Source of the DNA: Chthoniobacteraceae bacterium
GTDB lineage: Bacteria > Verrucomicrobiota > Verrucomicrobiia > Chthoniobacterales > Chthoniobacteraceae
DNA length: 10,827 bases
Assembly (NCBI GenBank): GCA_031409335.1
Contig: JANNWY010000026.1
Coordinates: 1-10,827 of the forward strand
Direction of reading: 5' to 3'
Under the pieces are notes generated by a model that saw nothing but the letters and a program-made list of their open reading frames with translations, was not told where the DNA came from and made no database searches. Position 1 is the first letter of the stretch. Each line of letters opens with the position of its first letter. This document shows, one piece after another, positions 7,803 through 10,827 of the stretch. Both the position numbers and the translations under genes were made by a program.

Positions 7803-8804
7803 ATGTGTGATCCCGCCAATTCCGGCCAGCGCACGCTGGAAGTGCTCTCCGAGTCGCAAATGTATCGCGACTACGAACGGGCTTTCACCGAAGGCACGGG
7901 ACTCCCGCTACGGTTGCAAGGGCCGAACCTGCTCCACATCGTCCGCTACGCGAAAAAACAGGAGAATCCATTCTGCGCGCTCATGGCAAAAACCGACCGG
8001 AACTGCACGCCGAGCAGCGCGCAATGTTACGCTTTGCAATGCAGGCTGGAGGAGGAGGCGCAGTTTGCGCCGAGGACGCTCAAGGGCTTCGCGGGACTGT
8101 GCGAAACCGTAGTGCCAGTGCGCGTCGGCGAGACCGTGATCGCATTTCTCCATACCGGGCAGGTCTTGTTGCAGCGACCCGACAAAGTGCAGTTCAAACA
8201 AATCGCCGCGACGCTCCTCAGATGGGGTGCGGAGGTCGATTTGAAAAAACTGGAGGAATGCTATTTCCGCACGCGCGTCCTCAAGCTGAAGCAATATCAG
8301 GCGTTGATCGAGTTGCTGAACGCCTTCGCCCGGCAACTCGCCTCGTGCTGCCGCGACCTCATTTTGCAGTCCCAGCAAAAGGATTCGCCGGCCATTGGGC
8401 GGGCGCGCACCTTTATCGCGGACCACTCGGACGAAGAGCTGTCGCTCGCATCCGTCGCGCGCGTGGCGAACATGAGCACGACCTATTTCAGCGAGAAATT
8501 CAAGGAGGACGGCGGGATCAACTTCGTCGATTACGTGGCGCGCACGCGCGTCGAGAAAGCACGCAATCTATTCCTAAATCCCAACCGGCGGGTGAGTGAA
8601 GTGGCGTTCGAGGTGGGATTCCAGTCGCTCTCGCAGTTCAACCGCGCGTTCAAGAAAGTCGCCGGTCAATCGCCGCGAGAATGTCGCGCTGCATTCGCAG
8701 CGACGCAGAACGCAGCGGACGGGTCGTACCGAGGAAGTGCGGACTATTTCCGAAGGGATGCGGAGCGGAGTTTTCGCCGCGGCTCTAAAGTGTGCGTTCC
8801 ATGA
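7803..8804 (+). CDS. AraC-family transcriptional regulator with N-terminal PocR ligand-binding domain (start ATG 7803; TTG 7758 possible)
   Basis: N-terminal YERAF...TGLPL...ENPFCALM...FAGLCETVVPVRVG...FLHTGQV is PocR-like. The C-terminal double HTH reads LSLASVARVANMSTTYFSEKFK...RVEKARNL...VSEVAFEVGFQSLSQFNRAFKKVAGQSP. Confidence 0.9.
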   Translation: MCDPANSGQRTLEVLSESQMYRDYERAFTEGTGLPLRLQGPNLLHIVRYAKKQENPFCALMAKTDRNCTPSSAQCYALQCRLEEEAQFAPRTLKGFAGLCETVVPVRVGETVIAFLHTGQVLLQRPDKVQFKQIAATLLRWGAEVDLKKLEECYFRTRVLKLKQYQALIELLNAFARQLASCCRDLILQSQQKDSPAIGRARTFIADHSDEELSLASVARVANMSTTYFSEKFKEDGGINFVDYVARTRVEKARNLFLNPNRRVSEVAFEVGFQSLSQFNRAFKKVAGQSPRECRAAFAATQNAADGSYRGSADYFRRDAERSFRRGSKVCVP

Positions 8805-8865
8805 GTCTGCAATCACGCGGCTCGTGCAGAATCCGATAACCTCAACAAACGAAAAAACAACGACC

Positions 8866-9087
8866 ATGAAGACACTGACACTCGCACTAATGGCACTGGC
8901 CTTCGCCGCCTCTCCCGTGCTCGCACAGGACAAGCCCAAGCACGAGAAGATGAAGGCCACCAAAGAATGCGGCACCTGCTGCAAACAAGGCGGCGACTGC
9001 TGCGACAAGTGCGCCCACGATAAATGCGCGCCCTGCTGCGACAAGAAAAAGGAAGCGCCGAAAACGTCTTCGGCTGCCATCCGCTAA
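8866..9087 (+). CDS. Small exported Cys-rich, metallothionein-like protein (73 aa)
   Basis: ATG 8866 follows an A/C-rich leader. Signal peptide MKTLTLALMALAFAASPVLA precedes a 53-aa mature region with 9 Cys in 24 residues, Lys-rich and free of aromatic residues. It is the 3' part of track ORF 8596-9087, whose upstream part overlaps the AraC gene. Confidence 0.8.
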   Translation: MKTLTLALMALAFAASPVLAQDKPKHEKMKATKECGTCCKQGGDCCDKCAHDKCAPCCDKKKEAPKTSSAAIR

Positions 9088-9177
9088 AACGCCACCCGCT
9101 CATGCACTGCGCAGCGCTTCGGCCTGCGCAGTGCGGGGCGAAAACTCAACAAACAGAAAGACAGGCAAAGTTATGAA
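9087..9177 (+). repeat. Intergenic hairpin-plus-leader element, copy 1
   Basis: Aligns by eye with 10568-10658 over 92 columns with 7 substitutions and 2 single-base indels. Contains GCACTGCGCAG (9104-9114) and its reverse complement CTGCGCAGTGC (9124-9134) around C-GC-TTCG-GC. Confidence 0.92.
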
Positions 9178-9529
9178 TACAAATCGCACCTTCTTCAATC
9201 CCACGCGTCGGCTCACATGGCTGCTTTGCGCCGCACTTATCGCCATCGCATTGCCCGCCTTCGCAGGCAAAAAGAAACATAACCGAGGTCATGGCAGCTA
9301 CACCCATCAATACAATTCCCATTACGGCGGCCAGTCCCGTGGGCACTCCGGTGGGCACTCAAGAGGCCGCAACTTCGACCGATACACTCCCTCCTACGGT
9401 TACTACGACGGTTACTACGACGACTACCCCGTCTATTCGCCCCGCTACCGAGGTCACAGCAGCTACGGCCACAGCAACTATGGCCGCAACCGCCACAATT
9501 CACTAAGCTTGCAATTCAATCTTCGATAA
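9173..9529 (+). CDS. Exported low-complexity Gly/His/Tyr/Ser/Arg-rich hypothetical protein (118 aa)
   Basis: ATG 9173 sits at the end of the repeated leader. Signal peptide ends in LPAFA|G. The 87-aa mature region has 9 His and 14 Tyr. Stop is 11 nt before the next ATG. Confidence 0.78.
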   Translation: MNTNRTFFNPTRRLTWLLCAALIAIALPAFAGKKKHNRGHGSYTHQYNSHYGGQSRGHSGGHSRGRNFDRYTPSYGYYDGYYDDYPVYSPRYRGHSSYGHSNYGRNRHNSLSLQFNLR

Positions 9530-9540
9530 CTGAACACACC

Positions 9541-10563
9541 ATGAAATTTCAACCGACAACCTCGTCCGCATTCATCCAGCGCTTCGCCCTGCTTGCGGCG
9601 CTCTGTTTCATCTCCGGCTCGGTGCTCCGGGCCGCCGACGCGCCGCCCAAGTCGCCGCCAGCCGAAGCTGAATCGCAGCGCCTGGTCTCACTCGTTTTGC
9701 TTCTCAGTGAACCTCGCACCATGGATGCCGGCGCCGTTGCGCACGCGGTGTCCAAAGCCGTGGGAAGCGAAGTGCCGGAAGGTGCTGTCGTCGCCCAGCC
9801 TCCTTCATTCATCGTCAAGGTCGGTCCCGGCCGGTTCGCCATCAATAGCGTGGACGAGCCGTATTTTGCGGAAAGCGACAAGCTCGCTGCCGAACTGAAG
9901 GATTCCACCCTCGCCAAGGCCATTCGCGAACACCGTGCCTGGCTGTCTGTGGACTGGATTGAAAAAGATGAGAAGGCAGACCTTCGCAAAGTCTATCAGC
10001 AAATCGGTCTGATCCTCGCGCAACTGGTGAGAAAAGACACTCTCGCTGTTTACAGCCCGGACACCGACCAGTTTCACCTCAGCGACGCGACTCTTTTAGT
10101 TCATCTGAAAAGCGAGGATCCGCTCCAAGACCTGTATCCCGCAGGCGTGGCTGCCGCTGCGGACGGCAAGGTCACCATCAGCAGCGACGACCCGCAGCTC
10201 ATCGCGGCGCAAACGGAGGCAGACGAGCGCTGGCCGGAGTTTCTGCGCGCATTCAAAGAACGCGGCAAGGACCAATACTTTGCGGTTAAAGGCCGCATCC
10301 TTGAGGGTGACAAGGGCGAATATCTCTGGCTTCAAGTCAGCGACATAGACGACAAGCTCGTTCACGGGAAACTCGACAACGATCCCGCGACGCTGAAAAA
10401 GGTCGCGCGAGGCGCCGACCTGCACATTCCCATCGACGAAGTGGATGACTGGCTCTACAGCACCGGTTCTGGCAAGGACGCAAGCTCAGGCAAGGAGGAG
10501 GTGAAGGGCGGTTTTACGCTTCGCCTATTCGACCAGCTCGCAAAAAACAAACGTCAGCAATGA
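9541..10563 (+). CDS. Exported DUF2314 (YegJ-like) domain protein
   Basis: N-terminal signal peptide (VLRA|AD). The C-terminal A...A.....F...F.VK......E.LW.......G.LDNDP.......G........V.DW...GGFT pattern is characteristic of DUF2314 (from memory, not searched). Confidence 0.75.
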   Translation: MKFQPTTSSAFIQRFALLAALCFISGSVLRAADAPPKSPPAEAESQRLVSLVLLLSEPRTMDAGAVAHAVSKAVGSEVPEGAVVAQPPSFIVKVGPGRFAINSVDEPYFAESDKLAAELKDSTLAKAIREHRAWLSVDWIEKDEKADLRKVYQQIGLILAQLVRKDTLAVYSPDTDQFHLSDATLLVHLKSEDPLQDLYPAGVAAAADGKVTISSDDPQLIAAQTEADERWPEFLRAFKERGKDQYFAVKGRILEGDKGEYLWLQVSDIDDKLVHGKLDNDPATLKKVARGADLHIPIDEVDDWLYSTGSGKDASSGKEEVKGGFTLRLFDQLAKNKRQQ

Positions 10564-10567
10564 CGTG

Positions 10568-10658
10568 AAACTCCACTCGCTCATGCACTGCGCAGCGCTT
10601 CGGCACTGCGCAGTGCGGGGCAAAACACAACAAACAGAAAGAAAGACACAGCTATGAA
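10568..10658 (+). repeat. Intergenic hairpin-plus-leader element, copy 2
   Basis: Arms GCACTGCGCAG (10585-10595) and CTGCGCAGTGC (10606-10616) flank C-GC-TTCG-GC-A. They are followed by GGGGCAAAACACAACAAACAGAAAG and ATG 10654 at the same register as in copy 1. Confidence 0.92.
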
Positions 10659-10785
10659 GACGAAAGACACGGTCATCCGCAGGATCATCGCGGGGACACA
10701 ATCGAAATGGCTTCGGCCTTCGCTGCTGACGCTGGCGATCATCGCCACCGTCCTCGCCGCGACCGGCTGCACGCCCCACCACTAA
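10654..10785 (+). CDS. 43-aa putative prelipoprotein; predicted mature product CTPHH
   Basis: Reads MKTKDTVIRRIIAGTQSKWLRPSLLTLAIIATVLAATGCTPHH*. It has a basic n-region, a hydrophobic h-region and a lipobox-like ATG|C. The ATG is positionally equivalent to ATG 9173 in the repeat. It is below the ORF-track length cutoff. Confidence 0.7.
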   Translation: MKTKDTVIRRIIAGTQSKWLRPSLLTLAIIATVLAATGCTPHH

Positions 10786-10798
10786 GTCATCCTCCACC

Positions 10799-10827
10799 AT
10801 GAAAACGACACTTCCATCCACACTCGC
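10799..10827 (+). CDS. Possible start of a further small or exported gene (partial at right edge)
   Basis: ATG lies 13 nt after the previous stop and reads MKTTLPSTL(A), similar in style to the neighbouring MKT starts. Only 9 full codons are visible. Confidence 0.4.

Noticed and set aside
8596..8865. Upstream extensions of track ORFs (8596 for the Cys-rich protein, 9131 for the His/Tyr protein, 4443 for copA)
   Set aside because: These extensions overlap neighbouring genes or the hairpin. The downstream ATGs place signal peptides correctly at the N-terminus.
9001..9018. CDKCAH as a heme-c attachment motif
   Set aside because: The spacing is CxxCxH, not CxxCH.
9104..9160. Hairpin as intrinsic terminator
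   Set aside because: On + it is followed by GGGGC and an A/C-rich tract. On - the T-rich tract lies 5' of the stem. Neither orientation fits a terminator.
9087..9177. Repeat as integron attC site or CRISPR repeat
   Set aside because: There are no complementary RYYYAAC/GTTRRRY ends conserved in both copies (GTTATG versus GCTATG). Only two copies exist, 1.48 kb apart with genes between, and no integrase or cas gene is in the window.
10818..10827. Terminal CACTCGC as the start of a third repeat copy
   Set aside because: It matches 7 nt of copy 2, but the preceding bases do not align and it is equally explained as codons of the ORF starting at 10799. It cannot be resolved at the window edge.

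Overview
GC-rich bacterial window. The gene style (A/C-rich leaders without Shine-Dalgarno sequences, a PocR-AraC regulator) suggests Verrucomicrobiota, but that is inference only. All credible genes are on the + strand and tightly packed. In order: the 3' end of a probable OsmC-family gene, a P1B-4-type heavy-metal ATPase, a Zn-dependent alcohol dehydrogenase, a 45-codon N-terminal relic of a P2-type cation ATPase (probable rearrangement scar), a membrane-anchored proline-iminopeptidase-like alpha/beta hydrolase, copA (Tat-exported multicopper oxidase), copB with MPGM repeats, and a PocR-sensor AraC regulator. The last 2 kb is the most unusual part. It holds a run of small exported proteins: a signal-peptide-bearing 9-Cys metallothionein-like protein, a His/Tyr/Gly low-complexity protein, a DUF2314-like protein, and a 43-aa prelipoprotein absent from the ORF track whose predicted mature form is only Cys-Thr-Pro-His-His. 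Two copies of a ~91-bp element (11-bp-arm hairpin with a C(UUCG)G loop, plus a translation leader) punctuate this run. It is a candidate undescribed envelope metal-sequestration module attached to a copper/heavy-metal resistance locus.
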